Positions 11,535 to 23,860 of a stretch of 64,000 bases of DNA are shown here, piece after piece. Numbering within the stretch: position 1 is the stretch's first letter; each line of letters starts with the position of its first letter. The stretch comes from Lama guanicoe. Its lineage: Eukaryota. The DNA is taken from positions 5,839,842 through 5,903,841 of the forward strand of contig MU053557.1 in assembly GCA_013239625.1 (NCBI GenBank). The letters are read 5' to 3'. Made by a program: the position numbers and the translations under genes. Below the pieces are notes generated by a model. The model searched no databases and was not told the origin of the DNA. It saw only the letters and a list, made by a program, of their open reading frames with translations.

Positions 11535-13577
11535 CTCCAAAGGATGAGGAGCTGCTCGCCACTGCCCCTACCATTCCAGCCTAGGGTTCTGAGAAGTAAA
11601 TTCCTTCCACTTGCTGGCCTAGCCTTCCCCTTGTGGCTACTAAAGGCAGAGACAGCCTTTAGAGATTTCAGACAGTTATCATAGCTCCTCCTGCCCCAGT
11701 CTGCTCTTCCCCTGACTGAAAGCCCTGGTTCCTCTGCCTCAGTGCTCGCTGATGGGCTTGGATCATAAACTCTTGGCTCCACTTCCCACAGACAGACTGA
11801 CTGAAAGATCCCTGAGGTGTCTCAGGGACAGCAGCTCCCAGTGTCTCTGGCTCATGTATGACAACTCTGACCCTGGGTGTAAAGGAGGGTAGAGCCCATG
11901 CTGAGCTTTAACTTTCCTACTTGATGACTGGGGCCTTGGATGTCCCCAGGAGATCCCTAACATTACCATCTCGTGAAAAATCTCCTGTTCACACATTCAC
12001 ACCACATTCCTCTTTAGGTTAAAGGGCTCTGTTTCTGAGTCTGTTATCATCTAATAGCTGCTGCATTGTTTGGAGAAGACATATATTTTGTTGCTTCTTT
12101 TTGATTGGGAGAAATTAGAGTCTGATTGGATGAGACGATTCTGATTGGACAACTGGCTTGGCTGTGGCTGGTTACTGATTGGATGAGAGAATGGAGCTTA
12201 TGAATGGTTCTAGATTTTGATTGGGTAGGAGACACTGAATGGACTCTGAGGGATGACTGCTGGTGAATTTGGATTGAAGACTGAGTGAACCGGCTTATTG
12301 CTGGAATCTGATTGGCTGAACAACTGGATGGTTTAGCAGATACATGCTGGGCATGGATCTCCAAGCCTTGTACTTTCAAGCCAGTCAAGCTGTTTAAGCC
12401 TGGTGTCCCTGCCTATGAGCAGCAGATAGTCTCTCTCACACAAACACACATCCCGGTGGGGCAGAACGCACCGGATAGTTATTTACACCTCTGAACTTCA
12501 TTTTCATCATTGTAAAATGAGTGTGAGAATGCAGGCTACCTCACCAGGTTGCTGTGAGGAGCTAGTGAGAGAGTAAGGATGAGAATGAACTTTGTAGGCT
12601 GGAAAGTCCCTAAGGAGGTAGGACGCAGGAAAGGTAGTGTATAGCAGAGCAGTGCTTTATAACCTCAAAGTTCACCAGCTTGGCCTCACCCAGTCCACAC
12701 TCCTCACCTCATGCTGGCAAGAAGTCCACTGAGGGGGTTGTGCTGCCTAGGGAGGAACCACCCAGCATCCCTTTATGTTTCCATCTGTCAGTGGGAACTT
12801 CCTCCCTGTTCAAGGTATCCAAGGAACAATTAGGAGGTGACCATGGCAACCCAGCAGGGGACTGGGACTGAGAGGGCCTTTCCTCAAGTCCAACCTTAGT
12901 AACAATGACCAGTATTTTTGGTTTTAATTTTTTGAATAGATAATATAGCCATATAGTTCAAAACCTTAAACTTATTTAAAAAGTAATACCTTAACAGCTT
13001 TATTCCTACCCCTGTGGCTGTGTACCCTGCCCTGTTCACCCAGTTTCCTAATAGGGAACCACTCTGGTTGGTTTCACATGTATCCTTCCAGTATGCCTTT
13101 ACCATAACTAACATCTGTTGCACCTTACCCTCTTCCAGGGAATCTTCTGATACAGTGATACTGCTTTACATGAGTTATCTCATTTACTCCTCACAACAGT
13201 CCTGTAGGGTATGTGCTGATGCTATACTCCCATTTCACAGAGGAGGAAACTAAAGCCCAGGGGCTTTGAGTTGCTTCTGTAGCTGAAGCAACTTGCCCGA
13301 GTTCATTTAGTAAGCAAAGTGGTTTATCTCCAAAGCGAGCGTTCTTAATCGCTAGTCAACCCCTCCCCGTGAAGCCCAGGGACAGGCAGCGTGGGCTCTT
13401 CCCAGCATCTGGGCTAAGAGTTGGGGCACCTGCGTTTCACTGCAGGCACTACCTGACTGTGGTCGCTGGCTTCTCGATTCTGCACAATGGACACAACAGA
13501 GTAGGTCCCTTCTGAAAGCCCAGTACAGAGGAGCCCAGCACTAACGCCTGCCCCCACCCTCTCTGCTCTCTCCCCAG

Positions 13578-14267
13578 GACCGCCGGGAGAGCCTACCCAC
13601 CTCCCCGCCCTGGACGCCGGGCACATCCCGGCCCCCCAGCAGCCTGGATGGCTGGGTGAGCCCGGGGCCGTGGGAGCCGGGCCGTGGGAGCAGCATGAGC
13701 AGCCCCCCGCCGCTGCCGCCACCGCCGCCCCCCATGTCCCCGTCGTGGAGCGAGCGCTCAGTATCCCCGCTGCGACCTGAGACAGAGGCGCGGCCCCCCA
13801 GCCGCCAGCTGCAGGCGCTCCTGGCGCGAAACATCATCAATGCGGCCCGGCGCAAGAGCGCCTCCCCGCGGCCGGCGGGCGCCGAGAGCCTGCGCCCGTT
13901 CTCCCCGCCTAGGGCGCCTCCGCCGCCGCCGCCGCCGCCACCGCCGCCGCCGCCGCGCACGCGCTCCCCGCAGCCCGCCCGCCCCGGTTCGGCCGCGGTG
14001 CCCGGGGCCACATTCGCTCCCATCCCGCGGAGCCCACTGCCCACCGGGCCCTCGCTCTGCACCAGTCCCCAGAGCCCGCTGCCCGTGCCGCCCAAGCCAT
14101 TCCCCTACCGCCGCTCGCCCACGGACTCCGACGTGTCCCTTGATTCCGAGGACTCCGGGGCTAAGTCGCCCGGCATCCTCGGCTACAACATCTGTCCCCG
14201 CGGGTGGAATGGCAGCCTGAGGCTCAAGCGTGGCAGCCTCCCCACCGAGGCCTCCTGCACCACCTAA
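13578..14267 (+). CDS. SYNPO: Synaptopodin alternative terminal coding exon (long isoform, 6484-8538 joined to 13578-14267, 914 aa)
   Basis: Acceptor ctctctccccAG at 13576-13577; phase-0 frame DRRESLPTSPPWTPG...RQLQALLARNIINAARRKS...GYNICPRGWNGSLRLKRGSLPTEASCTT*; GC/CpG-rich. Confidence 0.95.
   Translation, partial: DRRESLPTSPPWTPGTSRPPSSLDGWVSPGPWEPGRGSSMSSPPPLPPPPPPMSPSWSERSVSPLRPETEARPPSRQLQALLARNIINAARRKSASPRPAGAESLRPFSPPRAPPPPPPPPPPPPPRTRSPQPARPGSAAVPGATFAPIPRSPLPTGPSLCTSPQSPLPVPPKPFPYRRSPTDSDVSLDSEDSGAKSPGILGYNICPRGWNGSLRLKRGSLPTEASCTT
13917..13955 (+). repeat. SYNPO: Coding (CCG)n repeat encoding 13 prolines
   Basis: CCT(CCG)6CCA(CCG)5 in frame. Confidence 0.9.
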
Positions 14268-16325
14268 AGCCGTCCCTGCCCCCGCCGCATCCCTGCCCAG
14301 GGAGGGCCAGGCGGAAAGAAGAATCAGGACTTGCAAGATCCCAGCACCGCATCCCCACGGGGTCTGGCCTCTTTGATAGACCCAGAGATAAGGGGTCAGA
14401 GGATGAAAGCTCTGGGCTTGGGGTTAGGGTAGTGATCCAAGCTTGAGTTCTAGCCCTTGCTCAAGTCACTGTGGGAAAGACCCTTCCTCTACTGCCCCTC
14501 AGCTTTCCCATCTGTTTAATGGAGTTTTGGCCAAGGCAATCTCCAGAGGTCTAAATTCCCCCTTCCATCAATACACGCACATAAATGCCTTGGAAGAGGT
14601 AGGGTGTTGTACATATGGACCCCCAGACTTGCTGCATTGAAAGATTCTATATCCCTCCCTCCCTGCCCTGCTCCTGTCTCTGGAGTCTGGCAAATGAGGG
14701 GTGTGTTCAGAAGATCCTATGCCTAAATTCCCTGTCCAGGCCCTGGCTTGACCATCCGCCTCCCTGGCACCAAGTCCCAGGCAAGAGCAGCTGTTTTCCA
14801 TCCCTTCCCAGACAAGCTCTATTTTTACCATGGTGACCTTTAGAGAGGGTCTCCCGGGCCAGCTCAAGGTGCCCTGCTGTCCTCTCTGAGAAAAAGAGGC
14901 GGGAAGATTCCTCTTCTCAGATCCCTCTCATGCTTTTCTACACCCCAGCTCAGACTGCCCCGGGCATCTTTTCTGCAGCCAGAGAAGAAAGCTGTAAGGC
15001 AACGATTTCCCCCATATGCAGGACTTGGGCCTCCAGGAATTCTACAGGGTCCTCCAACCCATCTGTCTCTTCTGGGCCCTTTCACGGCAGGCTTGGCTCA
15101 AAGTTTAGCTGGGGAGAGAAGAGTTAATATGGAGCTAAATGCTACCCTCTGGCTTTACCCGATGTTCCTGAGTTTGAGGTTGCCCATTTGGAAGCAGGAA
15201 GGCAAAGAGTTCCTGGTTATGGGAGGTATGCAAGCAGTGGCCAGGATGCATAGAGGAGATTCTAGTAGGGAATGGATTGGCTCAGATGACCTCTGAGGGC
15301 TCTTCCCATCCTGAAATGCAATCCATGGTATTAGGAAGTGAGGGAGAGTAGTGCTAGAGGACTGGCTGGGCAGATGAGCTTGCGTGGGTGGGCTGGCCTG
15401 TGTTTCTGGTTTCTTAGGAAGTAGCCCACTCTTCAGTTGCAGGCTCCAGCATCCATATCCTGCCCAGATGAGTGGGCACTGTTCTGCCTCATCTCTTTCC
15501 CATCTAGCCTAGCCAGTGCCTGGTGCCCAGTGACCTTGGGGAGCCTGGATGCAGCCCCTGGCCTGTCCCTTAAGCCATAGTGACTCTGACTCCAATCCCC
15601 AGGAGGGATGCAGGTAGGCATGTGCCTTAGTCCTACAGTTCCCAGAGTTGGCTGGTGGTGCCCTCTAGAGGTTCAGAATATCAGCTTCAGGATACTAAGT
15701 GTCGGGGTGTGGGTGGGGGGTTGGAATTGGCTGACGATCAAAAGTTTGTTTATAGGTGAAAGGATACCAGGATGTTGCCAAAGGTGAGGGACAGAGTGTG
15801 ATCTGAGGTTAGGGGTAGACTTACCCACACACCAGGGTGATAGCAAACCTGGAACCCCTAAGGGAGGCTAGGGCAAGCTGAGGTCAGGATGGGAGAGACT
15901 CAGGGGTGGGGTGGGTGGATGTTTTGGAATAAAGGGCTGATCCTGGAGGATTCCTAGGGCCTAAAGATGGGGAACACAGGCCCTGTTGGTAAGAAGATAA
16001 GAAAGTGCTCCAGCTTGGTCAATGATGAGTGATCACATTTACTGAAGTCCCCACTTGCTGTAGGGACCCTTGTAGCATGGGAGGCTGGGGCTAAGGGCTT
16101 CTTTCAGAGAAAAGATACTATCAGGCCACTGGTTGAAACAGTGGCATAGAAAATCCACTTATACCTGCATTTTCCTCAAAGAGCCAACAGGAGGCAGCCT
16201 TGGGAAGCTCAAGTTCTATCTGGCTGTTCTCCATCACTGCCTTTCTCCTCAGTCCTTTCCTCTAATCCACTAGAGACTGCCTGTGCCCTGCCTCTTGCCT
16301 CCTGTAGAATTCAGCTCTGGCCTTT

Positions 16326-16331
16326 AATAAA
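16326..16331 (+). terminator. SYNPO: Probable SYNPO long-isoform polyadenylation signal
   Basis: AATAAA about 2 kb after the stop, followed by pyrimidine/GT-rich sequence; a second AATAAA lies at 15928-15933. Confidence 0.6.
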
Positions 16332-18169
16332 TGCTTCCTGCGTCCTTCTGCCTCCCGTGTCATTTTCAGCTATGTCTAAAGCCCTGCCCCTTTCCCCAAC
16401 CATGGAAGATCCATGGGACGCTGGGTGGCTGGGAGCTTGGGAAGTAGCAATCATGAGGAGAGATGGGGAACAACGAAAACACCCGGCCATAGAAGTCCCT
16501 GGGTTGAAGTTCTGGTCCGGTCATCTACTAGCTGGGTGACCCTGGGTAAACCCACTCCTCCGGGCCTCAGCTTTCCTATCTGTGTAATGAATGAGCTGGG
16601 CGGCATGATGTCTCAAGGTGGTATTTCCCAGGCCTTGACCCCAGGGCACTGTCCCTGAAGTGGCCAGGTCCAAGCTGCATCAGGGGCTGCTCTGGCGCTG
16701 CTTCCTGGCGGCAGGTCGGGGTTTCAGGCAGGAAGAGGAGCCCCTTTGGGAGGTAACGTCACAGTCCAGGCAACTCTGATGAGCTCAGAACCCAGACCAT
16801 CAGGAGTGGCCCCTTCCTGATGGGGGTGTCCTTTGCCCAGAGAAGGGGATTGTGGCCCCACCCCCCGTGACGGCAAGGCTGTCCTGGGGACATCCTTCAC
16901 CTTCCCCTCCAAAAGCTCAGGCCCAGCAGAGGCTGGGTAAAGGACTTTGAGGAAGCCGAGTTCAGGTGGTCCACAACAGAGTCCAGGCTTCTTCTTAAGA
17001 GGACGTCAGAAATATGCCCTTGCATGGTCTGCCTGGCACACAGGTACAGCCCCTGCCCTGGACCCAGCACGTCCCTGCTGGTCCGACCCTTACCCGGGAG
17101 TGGTTAGTATACCTCTGACCCAATCTTTATCTTCAGCAGACATCTCTCCTGAGCACAGTATCCTCCTACCTACTGGTGATGCTGGTGCCCAGACACCTCA
17201 AACCAAGTTCATCCCGCACTGAACTCAGCATCTGCCCCCACCCCAGTCTGCCTCCCCAAACCCCCACTGTTATTTTCCTTTGTCATCCAAGCCAGAAATG
17301 GGAGTGGCCCTTTCCTCACCTCCCACATCCTGTCTCTCCCCCAAATACCTCTCAAGCCTCTCCTCCTCCACATGCCCTCTGTCACTGCCCCAGTCCAGCC
17401 ACCCCATCTCTCACCTGACCACAGTGACATCCTCTTGCCTGCCGTCTAGCTCCTGCCAACCCACTTTCCACAGGGCAGCCAGAGATATCTTTGGAAAATG
17501 CCAGCCTGACTGCTCCATTTCGGCGCTTTAAACTCCAACAGCCCTTTTTAAAATACACTTTACTTTTGAAAAGCCTGCTGTGATCTGGCCCCTGTCCACC
17601 TGTCTGGCCTCATCTCTCAGCACCACCCCAGCCCCCAGTTCTAGCTCTACTCCCTGACCCCTAACATCCTTACACGGGACTTGGCCTTGGCCTGAGATAC
17701 CCGTGCCCCATGAACTCCCACTCAGCCTTCAAGGCCCAGCTCAAATGTCTCTTCCTCTAAGAGGCCTTCCCCACCCCCAGGGCTGAGCAGGTGGCTCCCT
17801 CCCCTGGGCCCTCCCAGAGCATTTCCCATGATGCGTCGCAAAGGCTGTTTACGGGTCTGACATGGGCCTGGCGGAACTCCTTGAGGACAGAGCCCTGCCT
17901 TATTTATTTTCAGTCCACAGAGAGAGGCTCAGAGAATGTGAGAAGGAAGAAGGAGGGAGGGAAGAAGGAAGGAAGGAGGGAGGAAGCAGAAGGAGGGAAT
18001 GAAGGCAGGAAAGAAGAAAGGAAAGGAGGAATGAACAAGACAAGCAAAGATATTGGAGGACAATTCATTCTTCATCCATCCACTCATTCATTCATTCATT
18101 CAACAACTATCTGTTGAGCTCCTAGCAGGAACAGCCCTGCTTGGGGCCCTAAGGACACAACTAGCAAGC

Positions 18170-18545
18170 TCAGGTGACCGGTGACCTCCTCTCAGCATTT
18201 CCAGGTGACTTTGCTGTGTGCATGTATACGTGTGCTATACATACGTGTGCAAAGCCTTCTGTCTGCAAGGGCTTGCTGCCGGGGCACCTGTCTTCCCTGG
18301 GGCCTGGTGCTTTTAGCATCTGTCCCTGGATCCTGTTGCAGCCAGAAATAAGGCTGTAAGCCACGACAAGGCAGGGACGATTCTCGTCAGCTGAGGCCAG
18401 AGCTGGCTGCAAGGCACACCCTGCTTGTTGCCCGCCGACCGCCTGCACCGACACCGACCACTCAACTCTCAGCTTCCCAACAGAGGTGTTAATCTTGAGG
18501 GTCTGACACTCCCTCTTGCCCACTGTGGTTCCATCTGTCAGGTAC
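18170..18545 (+). promoter_or_regulatory. MYOZ3: Candidate MYOZ3 promoter and non-coding first exon
   Basis: E-box cluster 18171-18393, AT-rich GAAATAA near 18345, CpG-containing segment ending in CAG|GTACTC near 18541; the coding exon at 19947 needs an upstream exon because an acceptor precedes its ATG. Confidence 0.4.
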
Positions 18546-19947
18546 TCCTAGGGGAGCTCGAGGGGCTGTGGGGAGTGGGCAGAGGGGATGAGCCAATTTC
18601 CAGAGCAGAGGAAGAGCTGCATAGGGACGTCCAGGGAGTGTGAGGCCTCATGGAAGCCTGGATCCTCCGTGGAGAGGGGAGGGATTCTAAGCTCTGGGTT
18701 ACACTGGCTTCAATGGGGAGGGGGTGGCTAGGATTCGAGATTGGGGGCAGGAAATGGCTCTGCTCAGGACTCCAAGATCTTTAGGCAGTAGACAGGGCAC
18801 CTGTTTGTAAAATGAGGGATCTTTCCCAATGTCTGTGAATTTCTGTAAGAAGAGTATTTGTTAAGAAACAGATCCAGGGGCTGTGAGTGCTAAGTGGTCA
18901 CAGCTGGAGCGCTCTCAACCATCTCATGGTCTCACCCTCACCCCAAGTGCATGCCAGCGTGCTCATGTTTGCATGCAATTTTAGGGGGTCTGTGGATGCC
19001 CTAAAGCCCACCTGTGGATCCCCACGATATAGCCTAACCTCTTTACGTGACAGAGGGGACACAGAGACACAGAGTTGGAGACCTACTTGCTCCCAGTGAC
19101 AGAGGGAGTCAGGCATATCGGTCGGACTGCAGGTTATCCAGCTCAGCGCCCGCCGACCTGGGGCCCGGGGTGGGTGTGGGGGGTACTGATGGAGATAGAT
19201 TGTCTTTCTAAAAGAAGGAGTGTAGAAAACCTAGAAGCAAAGCAGAGGGGCACAGGAGTGCATAGGCAGTCAGGAGGGCAAGGGGGCAAGTTAGGGAATG
19301 TGGACTCGGGACCTGCAGGGCTTCTCTGGGACTTTGGATCTCATTTGATTTGTAATATCCTCCAAGGTTCCTGGACATGCCATGAGATGCCAATGGGAGA
19401 ATGGGGGAGGAGGGAGAGAAGGGGCGAAGGCAGAAAAGAGCACGATGTAAGTTAGCTGAAGGATGTGGGAGAGAGGATGGGCGCGATGGTTCTCTCAGCT
19501 TCCTTGGACCAGCCTGTGCCCTCAAGCCTCAGAGGACATGAGTCTGGGGACATGAGGGGAGGACCAGCCTTGCAGACCAGCCTAATCACCCAAGACCCCT
19601 TTACCTGCTATCTTAAACCTCCAGCTTCTTTCATCCTCTGATTAGAGCTTATCTAAGTCAGTGGATGACAACATCTGAGACCCCCGCCTCCCCTAACCCT
19701 AATGTCCCAGAAACTAGCTGAATGAGTGAGTGCTACCCTAGCAACATGGAAGCAGATCTGTGTGACCTTGCATCTCCCTCACCCTCCCTGGACCTCAGCT
19801 TCCTCTCTCCAAATCAGACAGCCCTTGCCTGAGACTTTAGGGTGGGGCAAAGCTATTCAGGACTGGGGCTGGGTGGACCAGGGACTGGGAGGTCTGGGGA
19901 GGAATGGAGGCAGCCTGGCCCATTCTGGGGAGTCTCTCCTCCACAGG

Positions 19948-20008
19948 ATGATCCCCAAGGAGCAGAACGGACAAGTGATGACTGCCATGGGGGACCTCAC
20001 TGGACCAG
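19948..20008 (+). CDS. MYOZ3: Myozenin-3 (calsarcin-3) coding exon 1
   Basis: ccacAG|G ATG; MIPKEQNGQVMTAMGDLTGP; donor CAG|GTAAGG. Confidence 0.93.
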
Positions 20009-21209
20009 GTAAGGGTGACCCAGACTTTGTGTGTTCCTCAGAGCCCATCCTTTCTTGGTCCCAGAACACAGCCGCTCAGGCTTGCTGGCCCCAGGCCTGG
20101 GCAAACAGATTTGAGCTCCAGGCCAGCCCTGAGGGAGTGTCTGTGGAATCTGCCGCCTGGCCTGGGAAGCTTCCCAAAGCACTGGGAGGGGCCTTCCCCT
20201 GATGTCTGCACATCCAAGAGCTCAGTTTGAGTGCCCTAGACTGGGCCCTGGCCCCAGCAAAGTTCTTACCTCAACCCCAGATCGAGTCCAAGCTCCCCAC
20301 ACACTTGCCCCTGCTTGTTGTAACTGGGGGTCTCACTGAACCCCCATGGCAAGAGACAAGGGGTCAGGGGCCGGTACGGCAAGGACAGGCTTCCCAATCT
20401 GACTCAAACCATCTCACTTAAAACCCGATTCATCCAATGGATAAATCATCTAAAACACATTTTTATCAACTTTATAAGACCTCTTCCAGAACTCTTGGTG
20501 TAATTTTGGAGTCTGTTTATTTGGCCTACTTTAGAGCATTTCAAGTATTTTAAAAACAAATTCAACTAAGTCAGGGCTCTCAGACTTTAGTGTGAGCTGT
20601 AGCAGCATGGCATCATTGGTTAAAAAGGCAGGTTCCCAGCATCCACCCCCAGGGATTCTGATCCAGGGGACATGGAGAGGGGGCCATGTATTAGCCTTTT
20701 AGATTATTACCCAGGTAATTCCAATGCAGGCGGGCAGTGAACCAAGCTCTGAAAAACCCGCGTCTAAGGGCAGTGCTGCAGCTTTGCCTCCTTCATAGCT
20801 CTAAGAAGCCCTTAATGTCGTAGGACTTTATCTGTGTGTCGTACTTGAAAGTTGTTGTGTATGTTCTTGCCTCCCTTTGTTGTTGGTGTTGTTTCTCTTT
20901 TTCATTTCACAATTTTTTTCATTTCATGATTTTCATTTCCTGTGTGTTGAAATAGTCAAGCTTTGGGAGCTACTGATGCTCTAACTAGAAGAATCAGGCA
21001 ATGCATTTTCTTTTCTCTTGTCTAAGTAATTAATTAGTTACAGACCCCCCAGATATTGACACGCATCATTTACGCCAGACTAGAAATACATGAATCGTTG
21101 ACTACTGGTCGGATATTAATTAAGGACAATTTTGAAACTAAAGAAAAGTAGAAAGGAAAAAAATCTCATGATACCACCAAAAGCTAGCTGTTGTAGAAGA
21201 ACAATAAAA

Positions 21210-21425
21210 CACTAACCATGACTGAGTGCTAACCATGTCTCAGATACTGTGCTAAGAGCATTTGCACTTTATGGTATCTAAACTCACAAATACTCTGTAA
21301 GTTAAATATGAGTATCCCCATTTTGCAGACAAGAAAACTGAGGCTCAGAGAAGCTAGGAAGTCACATATTTAGTAGCTGGTAGAGCTGAGATCTGACCTC
21401 AGATCTTTTTGTCTCCCAAAACTGC
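21210..21425. mobile_element. MIR SINE (representative; similar relics near 1810-1915, 2975-3130, 4850-4990, 9570-9690, 11130-11230, 13170-13260, 16490-16600, 26400-26550, 28250-28470, 32390-32570)
   Basis: MIR core cccattttgcagacaagaaaactgaggctcagagaag and its reverse-strand equivalent ctcagtttcc...ctgtaaaatg. Confidence 0.7.
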
Positions 21426-23519
21426 TCCTTTACCACATGCTTATATAAATAAAACATTTATTTTATGAAATATTCAGATAAAACAGACATGAATGACTTT
21501 GAAAGTGCAAGTTCCTCATAACGGAACCATCTGGAGATAACCATTGTTAACAGATTTGTGTAAATTCCTCTTCTGTTCATATATAAACATATTTATATAA
21601 AAGCATATACATGTGGGCTAAATACCATGCACTGTGTTCTTCATCGTAATTTTTTTTCACTCAGCGGCGCGCCACAGACTTCTTTCCACCCTAGTACAAC
21701 TTATCTCACCATCTTCCCTCCCCTGGCTCCCCCAGAATATACTACGTTATACACATTTATACACACACACACACCCGCTAAGGGTGGTCACGACGAAGGC
21801 TCGCCCCAGGGTGGGACCCTGAGGATTCCTGGACAGGTGACTTATTGAGGTCTCGCTCCCAGGAGAAGGGAAGTGACAGAAGCAGGATCGGGCAGAGGTA
21901 GTTGCTCAGTAAGGATGTGGGCCCCAGAGCATGAACTGATTGCCCCACAGAATTCATCCCATCTTCCACAAGGGGGCCGTGGCAGCCTCTACTCACCGGG
22001 GCAGTTCTCTGCAGAAGGGGGCCGTTGTGAGCTGTTCGTCACTGATAAAGACCATCTGGGCAGCATCCACCACAAGGCTGAGCCCCGGTTTTCACAAGTT
22101 GAAACCTCACTGCAGTAAACATCCTTGTACGTTCATCTTCAGGCATGTTTATTCAACTTTTCTCCCCAAGAGTGAATGCCTAGAAATTGAATTGCTTAGT
22201 CAAATAGCTTTTTATTGATAGTTTTAAAAAATATGTGTATATGTATATACTGAGCTCAGTTCATCTGACTAGTATTTGAGAATATGATGCCAGGGGACTT
22301 CCATTATGCATTTAGGTATAAATAGTCTTTCACATTTTTAAGTATGCAGTATATTTTCTTGTTAAAAGACAAAAACAGTGCAAACAATTTTCAGCCCTCC
22401 TCCTTCTTATGTCCCATGAGTGGGCACTGCTAATATCTGGCATGTCTCCTTGCAGATCTTTCAATATCTGCATAAACATATACCCATCTTTTAAAATACA
22501 TGGGTGGGATCTTAGAATGTAGATTCTTCTGAAATTTACTTTTCCCCCCTCTTAATCTACAGTGGATTTCTTTTCCTCTTGTAGAAGGTGCTCTCTATAT
22601 ATTTGCTGAAAGAAAACACGAGCCTTTTTTTTTTTTAAGGCTGTTTAGGATTCCATTGAAAGAAATGGAGTCACAGCACCTGAACGGCCCTCAGTGCTGC
22701 TGGTAACCACATCCATCTCCCTGACCCATTCACTTGCCCCTACTGTTCTCTGAGACAGTTTGAGCAACCTTTTCTTCTTAAACCTCCAGTACCTCCCCCA
22801 CCTTCAGTCTCAGCTAATGACCTTGCTTCTTATTTCACTGAGGAAAATACAGTGTCTAAAAGAGAACTTCTGCAGCTCCCTCCACCACATCTGTCCACGT
22901 GTTTGCATCTGTGTCCCTGTTCTCAGTTTTCCTTCCTGATGTGATCAGTGCACTCTCCTGGCACCTGTCTGAAGCTAACCCCTCCAGTTGGGCAGCGGAC
23001 CCCCTCTCTCCTCTCTCTCTTGCTCAAGGACATCCCTTCAGCAATCCTCCCCTCTCTCTGTTTCACTGTCAGATTTTCTCATCCACTAACACACATGCTA
23101 TTGTTTCTCCCTCTTTAAAAATAAACAAACCCCTCTTGCTCCCACAACTGCCTCCAGCCATGCTCCTTCAGAGCACAGCTCCTCAAAACAGCTGTCTTTA
23201 CCTTCTTCCTCTCCTTTTCTCCTTTTAACATTAAGCAACTTACACACACACATAGAAGTAGAGATTTCAAATCCCCACGGCCCCCCTTTTTTCCCTGGAG
23301 TCCAGAGCAAATCCCAAAGAGCATGCCATTTCATCTCTCAAATATTTCATAATGCATCAAAAAGTAACAAAAAGGACACTCCCTTACAGGCCACAAAGAT
23401 ATTAGCACAATGAACAAAGTTAGCAATATTGATTTAATACTATCTAATAACCAGTCCCTTAGTCAACTTTCTCTGATTTTCTAGTTTGTTAATGAGGATC
23501 CACGAACAATAAGAGCCAC

Positions 23520-23860
23520 TTTTTAATTGAGATAACAATGGCTGATAACATATAGTTTCATATATAAAAGATACGTTTCTATTTCCCCATTCACCACAGC
23601 GTGCTTGCCACCAAAAGGCTGGTTTCTGCCCATCACCACACAGTTGATCCCTTTACCCACTTACCCCTCCCCTGCAACCCTACTCCCTTCTAGTAACCAC
23701 TCCTCTGTTCTCTGCAAATACATGTTTGTTTTTGTTTGCTTTGTTCATTTATTTTTTGATTATTTGTTTGTTTGTTTTTATATTCCACATGTGAGCAAAA
23801 TCATATGGTACTTGTCTTTCTCTGTCTGACTTCACTTAGTTTAATACCCTCAAGGGCCAT
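23520..23860 (-). mobile_element. Antisense L1 3'-end fragment
   Basis: ttccacatgtgagcaaaatcatatggtacttgtctttctctgtctgacttcacttag is the reverse complement of the L1 ORF2 end/3' UTR. Confidence 0.7.

Noticed and set aside
8538..19947. SYNPO-MYOZ3 read-through fusion protein
   Set aside because: The phase-0 SYNPO donor joined to the MYOZ3 exon at 19947 (G then ATG) is out of frame; nothing in the sequence supports a fusion.
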